A stretch of 64,000 bases of DNA from Botryllus schlosseri. Lineage: Eukaryota. The notes under the pieces were generated by a model. It ran no database searches. It saw nothing but the letters and a program-made list of their open reading frames with translations, and was not told the DNA's origin. Shown in pieces: positions 1-13,126 of the stretch (position 1 is its first letter; each line of letters begins with the position of its first letter). The stretch is from assembly GCA_051294905.1 (NCBI GenBank), contig CM119373.1, positions 32,612,001 to 32,676,000 of the forward strand. The letters run 5' to 3'. The translations under genes and the position numbers were made by a program.

Positions 1-1110
1 TCCCCGTTCGAAGCAGGGTGAAAAGACGCTGATATTATATGGCTTATTGTAACATTCGAAAAAAACGTATCGAATTCATTTGATGTGAATTGCGACCCTC
101 CATCCGAGCCGATTGTTACGGGCAAGCCTTCGATTGAAAAGACTTCCCTCGAAGATCCGACATTGACTTGAGCGAAAGGATATTTCGAATGCGCATCGAC
201 GATGACAAGAAACATTTTGTTTTTTATTAGACGTGCCAATCAATGTGAATCCGTTCAAAGCTTTCAGAAGTTTTGGGCCATTCGCGATACTGACGATCAG
301 GCGCCTTTATTACTTTACGGCAAGCGTCGCAACTCTTAACTAAATTTTCATTGTCGTGATTAATGGAAGGCCATGCGATGTAACGTCGAGCCATTTGCTA
401 CATTTTCGCGATACCCCAATGTCCTTCGTGAAACAATGATAAGGCTCGCGATCGAAGTGACTGCGGAATTACTACGCGCTGAAAAACATCAATATTGAGC
501 ATGGCTATGTCTTCGTGCAGAGAGAGCGAATGTTTGCGAGTCGAAAACCAAGAGAAATTAGCAACGTGCGTCTTTGGATTCCAGTTACCGTAAGTTACGG
601 ATAATTTCCCTAGTTCTATGGTTTTGTCTTTCCGAGTCGCGTCAACAAATTCATTGCGAATTAACGGCAAGCCATCAAATGCCATATTAATAACGTGAAC
701 GATGTCCGCGTTTTCACAAATTTCCAGTTCGTCAAATTCCGGGGCTAATTAGTCGGTGTATAGCGAATGTCATATTGGCAAGCCATACGCGTTAGTGCCC
801 ATCGATGTAAAGGTTGCGCTGTAATCACGGGAATTATCTTGTCCGGCAAAAGAAAATTGCTAAAAGCGGTTTGTGGTCCGTCACGAGCGTAAATTTTCTA
901 CCATACAAGAATTGACGACATTTAGTGACTCCGGAAATGATTGGCAGAGTATCCTTCTCTATTTTAGAGTAGGATATTTGCGAATCGGAAAGCTTTTTTG
1001 ATACGTGCGCGATCAGTCTCTCTTCGCCATTGTGCTCGATTGAGAGGACAGCGCCGATTCCGAATTGAGAAGCATCCGTTTACAAAATGAGATGATTGAT
1101 TACATCATAT
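1..1110 (-). mobile_element. Degenerate Ty3/Gypsy LTR-retrotransposon pol fragment (RNase H, integrase zinc-binding and core), intronic, cut by the window start
   Basis: Minus-strand translation gives LAQYDVINHLIL*TDASQFGIGAVL...ERLIAHVSKKL...YSKIEKDTLPIISGVTKCRQFLYGRKFTLVTDHKPLL (Gypsy RNase H with an in-frame stop). It also gives RVVIPQSLRSRALSLFHEGHWGIAKM (ORF 398-685), MFLVIVDAHSKYP, FSIEGLPVTIGSD and SASFHPASNG (integrase core). Frameshifts lie between these blocks. Confidence 0.9.
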
Positions 1111-1849
1111 TGAGCTAACTAACCTCGGATTATCCACCAATCAAGGATAATCCGAGAAATATCAACGAAAAACTCCAGTAAATCCACTTCTATTAGTTGG
1201 AATTGAGTCAAATTTGTTTTGCATCGTCTCTGAAGACAGCTCAACAATTTCATGGGGTTAACTGCGGAGCTCTATACTTGTTAGAATTGAACGAAATTTG
1301 GTGTGCAGCGTTTTTTAGGGTAACATGACAATTTGATAACTGAACGACTGGAATCCAGAAAAATAAGGTATTTTTGAACAGCCTACTGCTCATGCTCTTA
1401 AGGCGGACATGCCATGTGATCACGACATCTATTGTGCAGGTTTTGAAGTGATCGCACCACATGTGATACCTGCATTTCCCGCCTTTTCCCAACTCTGCTG
1501 TCGGTGGCCCACCCACTCTTCAACAACGACTTTCAAACGCATCCACACAAATCTTACCTGCTTTCCTGCGAGCTTCCCAGTCCCCTTATTGTTTTTTTTT
1601 AACAATGATCTACATAATACGCCATGGATACGTAGTATTCCAAACATTTTTGCAAATTTTGAACAACCCTAATATCCAGTTTAGTGAGACTTCTACGTCT
1701 ATGTGTTTGCAACAAGGTTGCAGAAATTCTCTTTCCGGTTTTTAGAAGCGGCGTTGGGCGGCTTAGACATGACCAATATCGGTTCACCTGTTTATCGACC
1801 TGTCTCACATGAATGCAGCATTCCAAACAATTTCGTTGTTTTACTTTAG

Positions 1850-1974
1850 GAATTGGGGCAGTGGTCAACCGGATAACTATGAAAACGAAGATTGCGTCGA
1901 GCTCTATGATGAGATCCATGGAGACTGGAACGATATTTCATGTGACAAAACTCTATTATACATTTGTGAAAAAG
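1850..1974 (+). CDS. Exon encoding the C-terminal half of a C-type lectin domain (QPD...WND)
   Basis: tttag acceptor at 1848-49 and gtaaac donor at 1975. Translation NWGSGQPDNYENEDCVELYDEIHGDWNDISCDKTLLYICEK has the W-x3-QPD, C, WND-x2-C and YICEK CTL pattern. The exon ends in phase 1, matching the downstream EGF exons. Confidence 0.9.
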
Positions 1975-2610
1975 GTAAACCCTTGGCTTAGTGAATTCAT
2001 TGAGGTATGGTATGCATATTGCATGGTGTTCGTGTTTTGTTTTGATGTTGTTTGGATGCGGAACCGTAACGTTGGTTCATCACTGAAAAACTGATGTAAT
2101 TACGTTCTTGATGACTAAACTCCAACGCAGAGCTGTTGAATTATTGCGACCTCAATGCAGTGACCAAATATCCACTACCGAAAATCAAGCCTTCTACGTT
2201 TATAGCTATTATTCTTTCGTTTTCCGAACGACACAATCCCGGAACAAATGTAATGATGTATAAATAAAGAGTAGAAAAAACGTGCAGATATTGCCAACTC
2301 GTATTATTAGCCTTCCGTTGTTCTTGCTTTCTGTTAAAGAATATGAGTGACCACAATAATTTTTATGCAACACACGTTTATGAGCATGAGCACTTCAATA
2401 TAGGAAGAGTTCCTTCTTGGTGATACAGAACCTCAGTATACAATTGAATGGTATATTCTAAATGATAGGAACCCGAACATTTTCGGCTGATACTCGTCTG
2501 GGGTAATCGTCAGCAACTAGTAGAGAATTGGAAAGGACATTGTATATCAACAATCGTATTACAATATAACATAACGGCCGAGGTATCGGTATGTTGTTAT
2601 GACAGTAGAC

Positions 2611-4126
2611 CAGAGGTCTCAAACTCAAATGTGCTCGCGGGCCAATTTCCTAGTTTTTAATGACGCCGCGGGGCGCAACATCAATAATAGGGATAGTCAA
2701 TGTATAATTCTAAAGTATAGGCCTTATTTGACGGGACCTCGCTGACAGGCATTCCACAAACATCGTTGAAATGTAATTTACTATTGTACTATTCACGCTT
2801 GACACTTAAAAAAATCGCATTTTCCAATATTTCAACAAAATTGTTTTGCTGCAGGGCATAAATTTTTGAATTATTGAGTTATGCCTCATGCGAGAGGATG
2901 CATCATGACTCCGTAAAACCGTCGGGATATATGCAGCTATTGGAACTTTGACATGCCACAATTTTATGTAAAATATTTTAAAATCCACTGAAGATTGATC
3001 TGATATCAGAGCATTTGAGCTGTGTAGCCTTATCCTGGTTTTGATATAGTCGTGATAAGTAAAGGCTATTGTTACTGTCATTGCCAAAGTCAAATTAAAT
3101 CAGCGTTTGATTTTGCCTTCGATTATTACTGGAACATATCAATAACAACTTAAATATAATCATTATTGAGCCATAGTAATAGCATTGCTTCTTGACTTTT
3201 TTAGCGATCGTACCCCTTGTGCTTCTAAAACCAATCGGATTTCTCGTAGCCCCTCCCATTTTCAACACAATTTCTGACGGTACCTATATTAAAATCAGAG
3301 AACCCATTCACATAAAATCGCGCGTGGCGTGAAGACTATTTTCCAGTTGAATAAATCGACCAAGAAAATATATTCCACAGCATATAGGCCTAATTACACA
3401 ATGCATCTCGTACACCCTGATGTGGAGCTTCGTATGCCGATGGGTTCTACGAACTCTCGTTAAGAACCCCTGGAATAGATATGTCCAATCGCCGAAGAAT
3501 TCATTGGTGTTACCGCTGTAGAGCGTAGTACTACCTTACTCGCCACCGATAAAAACGTGGATAAAGAGAACAAACAACATCCAGCATGTAACTAACTGTA
3601 CGTCACGGGGGTCACAGAATACCAATCGTTGCCATACTGACCTGATTAGATAACTATATAACCTACACAACGCAAGCTACGATGTTTGATGTTTTTCTAT
3701 TCCTCATGACAGTTCCATGGATTGTTGCGTCCGTAGGATTACCAAGTCACCGTTCCGAGTCACAAGTACTTCTCTGATTTCAACGTTTGACCCAACTCTA
3801 CTCGAGTCATTTTTATTTGATCACCCAGTCAATCCGAAATCGATTAATTTTACGAGAAGGTCGCACCAAACCAAATCACAAATTTCAGTCACGAATCATC
3901 AACGGGTCATACCTGATCTTGTACCGCATGGTAGCTTTTAAACGTGATGTGATAGTGAAGTTTGTTGAGATTTCGGTGATTTTTATAGTAGTTTTAGCGT
4001 GAACTTTAAGTTCTTGATCTAAAAAATATATATGGCACTTGAATATATTGTTGAATACTTGAAATTCCAAAATGCCGTCGCGGGCCGCACAAAATGCTCT
4101 CGCGGGCCGCGTGTTTGAGATCTCTG
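2611..4126. mobile_element. Non-autonomous hAT element (1.5 kb)
   Basis: TIRs cagaggtctcaaac / gtttgagatctctg (1 mismatch); 8 bp TSD cagtagac on both sides. Confidence 0.9.
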
Positions 4127-4475
4127 CAGTAGACACTATCGATGTTCCGGCTCTTACAGTCACAGAACAAATATATTCCAACACCAACGTTTCATATAAC
4201 ACGACATTCATAAACTGGCAAATATAACAAGATCAAGCAAAGTACTAAAACGATAGAGAGTGAGGATATTATAATTTACTATTCCCCACAGGATGAATTT
4301 ACCCAGCTTTGGAAAAAGATAATAGTATGAGTCTTGATATTTTCGACGAGGAGAACATGAATGAGATCTCGGGCTTAGTATACTATAAATCGATTGGTAT
4401 CTTACGCCTATAAATCGATTGGTATCTTACGCCAGTTACGAAAATACGTCATATACATATGCCTACCCTATACAA

Positions 4476-5248
4476 CAGGGACAGGCAACATACGGCCCGC
4501 GACGTGATTTTGCGTGGCCCGCAGACAGTTTTCAATCGTACATGTTATGTGGCCCGCGTCCACAATCTACCGCAATCCCCCACTTACTTGCTAACGCGTG
4601 CGTGTGTGTTCGTTAGCGTTCGTTAGCGTGCGGGAGTGGATTTCACGAGTAAGTTCGTCAACACGAGAAAGCTTGCATTACTGGCATGAACTCGCATCAA
4701 CCCTAATGAATTGATATCTTGGTAAATACGAAAAAAATCCAAACCCCTCTCGTTCATATGCAATACATTTTACCAGAGGCGCGCAGAATACCGTCAGCGA
4801 AGGGGTTTTGAGCCGTCTGCAGACAGTTTTCGGTTTTTCATGATAATATCGCCAGCGGTCACTGTTCGTCGCAATTTTCCACTACGTGCTTACTATAAGT
4901 CAACTTATTCTGACTGTAGGTTATTCTCTCTTTTTTCGGACAGAAAAAAGAGTGATTGTTAATTATTCCTTAGTTCTTTGTGTCCTACATGCAGGCAGAG
5001 TTCAAAGAATATGTTTACAACTTTGATCGACCACAGACGTCTCATTGACTACAACGGCTCGTTGATAAATTCATTGAATACGGTTTTCGTCTCTATGCTT
5101 CAAACCGAACGTTAATTTCAAATGCGATTGATCCTTTATCCATTAGGTGGATAAATACGCGTTTAACGTATCGATTTCACAATCCGGCCCTCCAAGTACT
5201 TTATTTTCCCATATCCGGCACGCCGACTGCAGAAGTTGCCCGCCCATG
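4476..5248. mobile_element. hAT MITE (older copy)
   Basis: Ends cagggacaggcaac / gttgcccgcccatg, ggcccgc subterminal motifs, TSD ctatacaa / ccatacaa (7/8). Confidence 0.75.
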
Positions 5249-5399
5249 CCATACAACAACCACATAGCCTCGGACTTAGAAAATGCTATTGTTATGTTCG
5301 TGCATTTTACGTTGGTATCGTTTGTTTCTCATTTGCGTAGGATTAGTAATTACCGCCAATCATTATTTCCTCGTGTGTCGTGCTTGTATTTATACCCTG

Positions 5400-6509
5400 T
5401 GTTCTGTTGTCTCGTGGCCTTTCGTTTACCTGTACTCTTGATCGTGTCGCTCCCTTAAAGTTATTCTGCTGTTAATATATACTGATTTCATATTGCAATC
5501 TCGTCGTATCAGTTATTGTAGTAACAAGCTCAAGAACATAACAATTGGTGTCAGAAGTCGGATTCATAGTTATTTCTGCGACGAATATATATCATGGAAT
5601 CGGGTATTTTGAAAATTCTTTAGAAGCAGCAAGAGATGATGGTGCGACAACAAGCGAAGCAGCAAGAGATTATGGCGCAACAACTATCGAAGCAGCAAGA
5701 GATGATGGTGCAACAACAAGCAAAGCATGACGAAGCAATGGCAAAAGTCATGACAGAGATGGCGCAATTGACGTAGAGGTTGAATCCCGGTGCGTCAACA
5801 TCTGAAGCAGCCGCTCCCAAGTTTGATTCGTTCGTAAAATCAAAAGAGAAATAACACCAATATCAGCAACGATTCAACCATCACCTAGCAATTTATGGCA
5901 TTTCCAACATGGAGAAAAAAGAGCGTGTCTCTTCTCACACGGGTCGGACCTGAAAGGTACTCGCTCCTACGTATTTTTTTTTGGTGCTTCTGATGTCAGT
6001 GCGCAAACCTTCGACGCATTGACTGAGAAGTTGTCTACACACTTCAAGGAATCAATTCATATGTACAAGCAGCCAGGTACAAATTTTACAATTGCAAAAT
6101 GCAGCCGGGACAGTTGTACACCGATTGGATCGCTACTCTACGCGGAATCTCCAAAGATTGCAACTTCACATGCTCAAGAGAAGGCTGTGATCAGAGCTAC
6201 GTTGATGAGCTAATGCGCGATCTCATCATTAAAGAAACGCCGCACGCGGATGTGAGATGGCATTGTCTAACACAAACCAATCCATCTCTTGACGACGTTC
6301 TTAACGTGGCCGCAACACATGTGAGAACGCTGGGAACTGATAGGGTTATCCAGGGGGAGAATAGCGGTAAAGACACTTCCATCGTCAACAAAATGACGAG
6401 AAGTTATCAGAAGGGGAGAAAACCTTCGAAATCCAACCAAGGCAACTTCCCGGAAAGACTGAAATCCTGCAGCCCCTGTTTCATCGATCACCAGAGAAAA
6501 GACATCTCC
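5400..6509 (+). mobile_element. Gypsy LTR end, primer-binding site and degenerate gag
   Basis: Putative LTR ends ...taaCA at 5543. PBS TGGTGTCAGAAGTCGGAT (5546-5563) matches the complement of the metazoan tRNA-Leu(CAA) 3' end at 17/18. Gag-like peptides include PKFDSF, EKLSTHFKES and QPGQLYTDWIATLRGISKDCNF...DELMRDLII...PSLDDVLNVA. The fragment is truncated at ~6510. The LTR 5' boundary is approximate. Confidence 0.8.
5623..5721 (+). repeat. Three 33 bp tandem repeats (EAARDDGATTS-like) in the gag 5' region
   Basis: gaagcagcaagagatgatggtgcgacaacaagc occurs three times with a few substitutions. Confidence 0.9.
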
Positions 6510-6732
6510 CTATCGCTCAACCGGTGCCTGGGCTAGTATAGGCATCTCTCGCACGGTAACCCTTTTCGGTATAGCGATCGCTCAACCGGTGCCGCGAAAC
6601 TCGTGGTGGTGATTCGTACTTTCAGACCCCCCTATCGCTCAACCGGTGCCGTTGTTTCTTATGGGCGCGCTCGTGACCTGTCTGTCATGTATTCTTGCGG
6701 GATCTCTGGTGATTCGCCATGTGTTCTTATGG

Positions 6733-7683
6733 CAGTGTTGGGATGACTCGAGTCACTTTTTTCGTATGACTTGACTTGACTCGAGTCACTTTGCTAAATT
6801 GACTTGAATTGACTTGACTCAGCGTATCAGAAATGCGGTTTGACTCGTGACTCGGAGCAAAATTCACGAGTCAATTTCAAGTCATCAAGTAATCGGAGCC
6901 GATAAAAATCACTATCTTGCATATGTTCGGATTGTTTACGAAACGCTTGTGTAACCCTTGAAAGCGACCAATCATTTAATGATCGAGCGTTTCACTGAGC
7001 CTTGATTGTTCTCTCATAAATAAATTGATCGCAAACGAAGTGATCGAAGCCTACAGTTACGTTGTCGTAGACTCTAGTAGTAAAGTAATAAAATAGAAAA
7101 ATGTATATTTCTGTTCTCTGTTCTTACCTTTACCGAACCTCTTGTTTTATTGAAATCGAATTCGAATATAGTGTATATTGTCCTCAACCATTATCGCCAG
7201 CTGGAGTTTAATCATATCCATGTATAATATGTATTGCATCTTATCAATTCGTTTCTCTATTCTCTATTTTGGCTGGTAACTATATAAACTATAAGGCTAT
7301 GCAATTACTTACGTAACTCAACAGTTCTACGTGTATGTGAGCGATACAGCGCCTTCTTGTCGGTATATTTCACTCTATATTCGTTCATTGGTTCGGAATC
7401 AATGATCAATTGATCACTCATAATCTGTATTTCAGACAGCTAGCAAATTGCAATGACGTAATCATGCCTCATACATCGAAAAGGCAACTTGACTTGAAAT
7501 GTGACTTGACTCGTGACTTGACTTGACTTGGCTCGACTTGACACGAGTCACCGCCAAAAATCGAGTGACTTGACTTGACTCGAGTCACCTTTGAAAATCG
7601 ATTGACTTGACTGACTCGAGTCAAAATGTGCAATGACTCGGAATGACTCGTGACTCGAAGGTAGTGACTTGATCTCAACACTG
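6733..7683. mobile_element. hAT MITE with tgactcgagtca / gacttgac subterminal arrays
   Basis: TIRs cagtgttggga / tctcaacactg; perfect 8 bp TSD tcttatgg. Confidence 0.92.
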
Positions 7684-7736
7684 TCTTATGGGTGCGTTGA
7701 CATATGTCGTACTTTCGGGTGTAGGCATCGCTCGAC

Positions 7737-10284
7737 CAGACATGGGGTGATTACTTCATGAATGTAATCGATTGCGATTACGATTACTTCTGAATGACGC
7801 GATTACGATTACGATTACGATTACAGCAAAATCAGGAAGTAGTCGATTACGATTACGATTACATTAGAAAAGTAATTAGGATTACTCCTGATTACATTTA
7901 TTTTGCATCTCAGAAGCTATGTTGGAATACAATATATGGATTGCGCTGAAAAGGCCTATGAGATAATAAACTTACTTTAAAAAAGATGCGTGATTTGTTT
8001 GTTACGTCATAATGTATCCATTGCCCATTTTCATAGAGGTCAATTTATCGCGCCCAACGATTTGCATTCTTGTCAGGGTCATAACTGCCGCACCCCAAAT
8101 TTCCCAATAGGGTGGAGATCGAGCTCGAAGGGGACTCAAAAAGTATTTCGTAAACCAACATAAGTTATAGAGTATTTTCGAGACATCTAATTAACTTGAA
8201 AATCCTCTCTAGATCAATGATTGCCAACCGCGGGTCCGAGAGCCGCATGTGGCTCTCAGCTAGCCAACTTGCGGCTTCCCTTGACGTTGGAAAATCCAAC
8301 AAAAATAATAAAAAATCAATCTATAACAAAAAAAAATGATATTCAAAAATTTAACTTGCTTTGCTTGGAATCTGGAGTATATAATTTAGGGTGAAGACCA
8401 ATTCCTTTGTTGTCGAGTAGCAATTCTCTACTCAGTAACGATTTCGTTATTCAACTCACGCCAAAAAGTATTCTCACACTCAAATGCGTCTGGATCGGCA
8501 CTCAAATTTAAGTCTGCTCATCACCAGACTTGATTAAGTGCAGGTGGTGTTACAACACGTTTTACAACGCTATCTGACCAGCAAACCAATGGATTATTTG
8601 ACTTGGTTGTTAAGTTCAACGTCCGCATTGAATGAATGCTTTTTTTTAACCATGATGAAAATGTTTTCAAGTCCTATTGTAGTTAATGTGGCCATTGACC
8701 CTATAGTAATTTACAGCTTGAGTTGCTAGACATGCAGTCAGATATAAAGACATGACAATTTGTTTATGCGTCTCACGAAAGTTTTTCTTTTAGTCTGCTA
8801 CGTTTGAGCCACTACAATATCTTTTGATTATATAACAAACCGGAGGTCACGAATTAAGAACAGACACTAAAGTAATTATAACAAGAAACCAGAGGTCATA
8901 ATTATGAATTACGTTGCCCCAGCTCTACAGCTATGTAATTGTGTGGCGAGATAGCGCATTGGTATAATCCACAACTGCAACACCAATGGGTTGCCGGTTC
9001 GAGTCTGAACGAAGTCGACTTCAGAATTCCTACCTAAGTGTTGGGGGTTTATCTAGGCTCCTCCTCGCCGCCTCATCCACGTAAGCGGTGTCTTACAAAA
9101 AGCTTAGAAGTGGGCCGTGCTACAAGTCGGCAGATACGGAATAGAAAATGCATAAAATCGGCCTGGTGTAAATGTCTGTGGTAGTCGACTCGACAAACAC
9201 CATGATTACCTCGAACAAATAAACTCTACATGTATATCTGACCATCGCGGGCTGAGAGAGGAATACAAATTAATAGTAATATATTGCAATTACTAAACTT
9301 CTTGACGAAATCAGTCTTCAACTTGAGATTACCACCCTACGGGGGCCTAAGACCAAAGATTGGACTGGGAGACGAATTGCTGTTTCGGTCCTGGTTCCAG
9401 CTACAACCCACGCTAACATGATATATAAGCCCATGGCCATGGCGGCAGGTCCCAATGTTGAATAAAGAATTATGAAATAACGATAGGCGCCCGTTTCAAG
9501 TAGAGTCATATGAGAATAAGACGAAGCGAACATAAAATTCTGCCTTCAACTTAATACAGATATTGTACTGCAAGCTGCCGTTACAAGGCATGGCAAAACG
9601 GCTCTCTTATGATATATATATCACCAGCTGTTGATTTTTACTGCTTCGTTGTGGAAATCGCAATGTTTTATTTGACTAGTACAAAATTTCAAATCTTTGT
9701 CCGGTGTACGTACGTACTGGATAGGCCTACTGCTCGCCGAGCAGCAACGGTCAAACTGCGCTTAACTAAGCATAAGCATTACCAAACATCAACAAAGTAA
9801 ATATTTTAAACTATAGGCAGATCGGAGATAAATTATACTGCTGCGAGGTAGTGGCGTGTGGAACGCGTTGATAACCTAATATACAACACGGCGGGTGTTC
9901 TTACAATCAGACTAATGGACGACGTAGGTGCATCGAATATCTATTTACCGTGGATACTTCTTACACAATGACGCGCAAAGCTAATAGGCTGATTCTGACG
10001 TAATAATGAGCAATGGCGTTTGAAAATCAGACGTTTGTGCTGTCACCAACCTGGTATAAAATCTTTTCCTTGTTCACGAATGTTCAGTTCATGTCATAGT
10101 CCTTGTACAAATAAAAAGTAATCGTTCTTTTACAGAGAAATCGTTTATATATGGGAAGTAGTCGATTACGATTACGATTACTTCGGATTTTTTTCGAATG
10201 TAACCGATTGTGATTACGATTACTTGAAAATGCTGTAATCGTCGTAATCGATTACGATTACTAATCACGATTACCCCATGTCTG
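7737..10284. mobile_element. Non-autonomous hAT element (2.5 kb) with gattac subterminal arrays and nested inserts
   Basis: TIRs cagacatgggg / ccccatgtctg; TSD cgctcgac / ctctcgac (7/8); (cgatta)n tracts near both ends. Confidence 0.88.
8941..9280 (+). mobile_element. tRNA-derived SINE
   Basis: A-box-like tggcgagatagcg at the 5' end and B-box ggttcgagtc at 8996-9005. About 270 nt of non-tRNA body and an AT-rich end follow. The 3' boundary is approximate. Confidence 0.65.
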
Positions 10285-12116
10285 CTCTCGACCGGTTTTT
10301 AATATGTATCAGGTATGGTAAATAGTCACGTGGCCGGTTCTTAGTGTGTATATTCAAAATTATTATATATGACCGATTCGAGTTAATCCCAACGTTTACG
10401 GTGAGTGCGACTTCAATATATCGTTATTTTTATTGGCGCGGCGATGATTCGTAATTTCGCGTATAGGCCGCGGCGGTATGTTAACGTAGCTGATATAGAC
10501 GCGGCGACATGATAACGTTACAGGTATAGGGTTCGCTCACACGGTTCTACATGAAGATGTCATAGTTCAGTCGTGACAAATGACCGATATGGCATTCTCT
10601 ATTCTAACTCCAAGTCTTTTCGCGCTGCCTATTGATTCCTACGTAACCTGAATAGTACGCCGAGATTCAGCCTGGATTATTCGCACTTTCCATACCGCTG
10701 TTTCGCACCTACAGAATAGTCTGCTGTTCACAGTCGCGACAAGATAATATTATTCAAAGTCTGTAGACATAGCGCTGTCTTATATCAATAATATTAAGAA
10801 TGCTGATCGCTTGGTTGTCGGACTATTCACTCGTTGATTTGAAACAAACGTTGAAACTTACAACTCTATCATTGGTCTATAATTATTTTAGTTTCAACTG
10901 AGTTTTCTGAAAATGCTATCATTATCGCACCCCGAAATTTAACCGTGTTAGAACACACAAGAGCGTCAAGCACAAAAACATTCAGAAGTGTTAAACCTAA
11001 TTTTCACTTACTTGATTGTATTACTACAACTTGTAAACTTTATTAATTCGTCCTGGTGAACCCGCGAATAGTGTTGCTCGCTTGTAATATTCACATATTG
11101 ATCTGAATAATAACAACTCGTGAGACCCTATAACTTTATTAACGAACTAGTTATTTTTACATAACTGGAAATGCAAACTCTATTCGTCTCGACATCTCGA
11201 CATCTTACAACACTCGAACGAGTCAATTATGAAAACACTGCCAAGTAAATCCGTTGTAACTCACATAGCACAAGAGTATGTATCCGAAAGTAGACAAACG
11301 ACACTTGAACAACCACCCCATCCAACAATCAATATCAGTTGTATTCTTCATATTTAATTATTCTACTGTAAAAGCGATTGATAGTTTTCACGACACAACA
11401 ACTACAAGCAGGCAGTAAAGGTGATAGCAGCACTCTACACCACGGTCAACAATGCTCAGTGAAGTGTACGCAGTCAGCCTTATCCGCGCACACGCTGATT
11501 TCGGTGGGAGTAGACCATATAGCGTTAGGGAGCGTGGAAGTTTCCAATCATTGTATATATATCATTGGTCAGACCATTGCCGGAACCTTTCAAGGAACTG
11601 CACTAAATAGCTAACAAGCGAGAATCATACAAAAAAACGATTTTGATTTAAAATATATCAATAATATTATATTCCAACTGATTATTTTGAATTTATGATA
11701 GGTGGTTGACGTAAGACTGATTGAAATAATGCCACGTTATTTGAGTATCTATGTCAATACTTATGTCCATGACTGGAGTTTATTTATGTCTATGATATCC
11801 GTGAAAATCTGTAACTATGATAAATCTATTACCCCTACATATAGTGCTGAATTCGATTTTAAAGAGTCTTCTGTGCGTAAAAATAACAAGTTGATTAAAT
11901 TTTCAAACTTTATAGTACGACTGAGCCGATTTTATATCTAGTCATTACCGCGAAAATGCGAGATGTTGGTCAAAATAGCCTCATGGGGTATCTCCACAAC
12001 AAGAGCCAATTTGAAAAAACTGAGGTCATATTCGGAATCAGTGCCCCTCAGAATCCCCAAAACCACTCTTACTTTGTCTGCCTAAAAATATGTGTTGACC
12101 AGTGGTATCTTTCCAG

Positions 12117-12445
12117 ATGTGGATGAATGTGCAGTAGATATAGATAATTGTGCCGAAAACACCGCAACATGTACCAATACCGTCGGGTCGTTCACATGCG
12201 GCTGTAATAATGTATATTCTGGGGATGGATCGACTTGTCAAGGTTTACTTGACTTATATGCGACGTTTTACTTTGTAGATGATGTTGTATACCATTTAAG
12301 TCTTAAATGATCTTGATAGATGTAGATGAGTGTGCAGTAGATACAGATAATTGTGCCGAAAACACCGCGACATGTACCAATACCGTCGGGTCGTTCACAT
12401 GCATCTGCAATGATGGATATTCTGGGGATGGAATGACTTGTCAAG
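12117..12445 (+). CDS. cbEGF array 1, exons 1-2 (12117-12242, 12320-12445)
   Basis: 126 nt phase 1-1 exons with a 77 nt GT-AG intron. D-V-D-E-C-x6-C-x6-C-x8-C-x-C-x10-C with the Ca-binding and Asn-hydroxylation consensus. Confidence 0.92.
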
Positions 12446-12522
12446 GTTTGATTGAATTACGTCCGATTTTTTTTCCTAATGAATGTTGATATTACTATTG
12501 AAGTTTTAAATGATGTTTATAG

Positions 12523-12631
12523 ATGTGGATGAGTGTGCATCAAGCACAGATAATTGTGCCGAAAACACCGCAACATGTACCAATACCGTCGGGTCGTTCA
12601 CATGCAGCTACAATGAAGGATATTATGGGGA
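12523..12631 (+). pseudogene. Broken cbEGF exon 3 (Cys5->Tyr, 3' end and donor lost)
   Basis: The acceptor is intact. The translation is ...SFTCSYNEGYYGD, then unrelated sequence from ~12632. Array-type intron sequence resumes only at ~14030. Confidence 0.85.
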
Positions 12632-13126
12632 TTTCTTGCTTTTAATACTGCAACCCCTTTGCGAAAATGAAAGAACGCCTAATGTATCAGATTGAGTCTA
12701 ACTCTATTCGCGATTACGATACAAAGTGTCGTTCAACATATGCTACCTTGCGTTTGCGCTCGCAGAAAAACCGTCGACTATGAAACTTAGCCACAAAATG
12801 ATTGACGCATGGTGGCCGAAGCTTTCGATATCGATATGCCCAGGCGCCGAATAGCCCATTCCTTGCAAGCTGAACCCAGCGATATATAGCAGGCCCGCAA
12901 TATAGTCATGCGACAATATTATTCACCTATGAACTTCAAAAAATTTTCGCGCCTCGTGCGGCTAGTCGCCCGCTCAATAGTTCGTCAATCAAATGTGGCC
13001 CTTTGGCTGAAAAGGTTGGCCACCCCTGGGCTAAAGTGTCAGATCGGCGCACATCTCCCATATACGACCTTGATAACGAAATTACTGTCCTAATAATTGA
13101 GTGTCAACCTTGAGACTTGGCACAGC

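Larger units (their letters stand above)
6510..10540. repeat. Copy of an unclassified dispersed repeat, split by two hAT insertions; an uninterrupted homolog lies at ~62620-63140
   Basis: Joining ~6690-6732, 7692-7736 and 10293-10460 reproduces ~62880-63140 (ggtgattcgccatgtgttcttatgg...aaatagtcacgtg...tatatgaccgattcgagttaatc...). The repeat has internal ggtgattcgtactttc and tatcgctcaaccggtgcc sub-repeats. Confidence 0.75.

Noticed and set aside
1250-1800. Extension of the Gypsy remnant (gag/protease/RT) upstream of the RNase H
   Set aside because: Only vague Cys/His-containing peptides, with no YxDD or D-S/T-G motif found, so it was left unannotated.
2410-4230. Possible Ig/cadherin-like exon split by the 2611-4126 hAT (EPQYTIEWY... 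/ ...YVVMTVDTIDVPALTV)
   Set aside because: It has several in-frame stops, no convincing splice sites and no diagnostic Cys/Trp spacing.
8941-9015. Standalone tRNA gene
   Set aside because: A and B boxes are present, but I cannot build a cloverleaf, and a long SINE-like body follows inside another transposon.
11378-11614. 78-aa ORF upstream of array 1 as an additional exon
   Set aside because: No recognisable domain and no phase-compatible splice pair.
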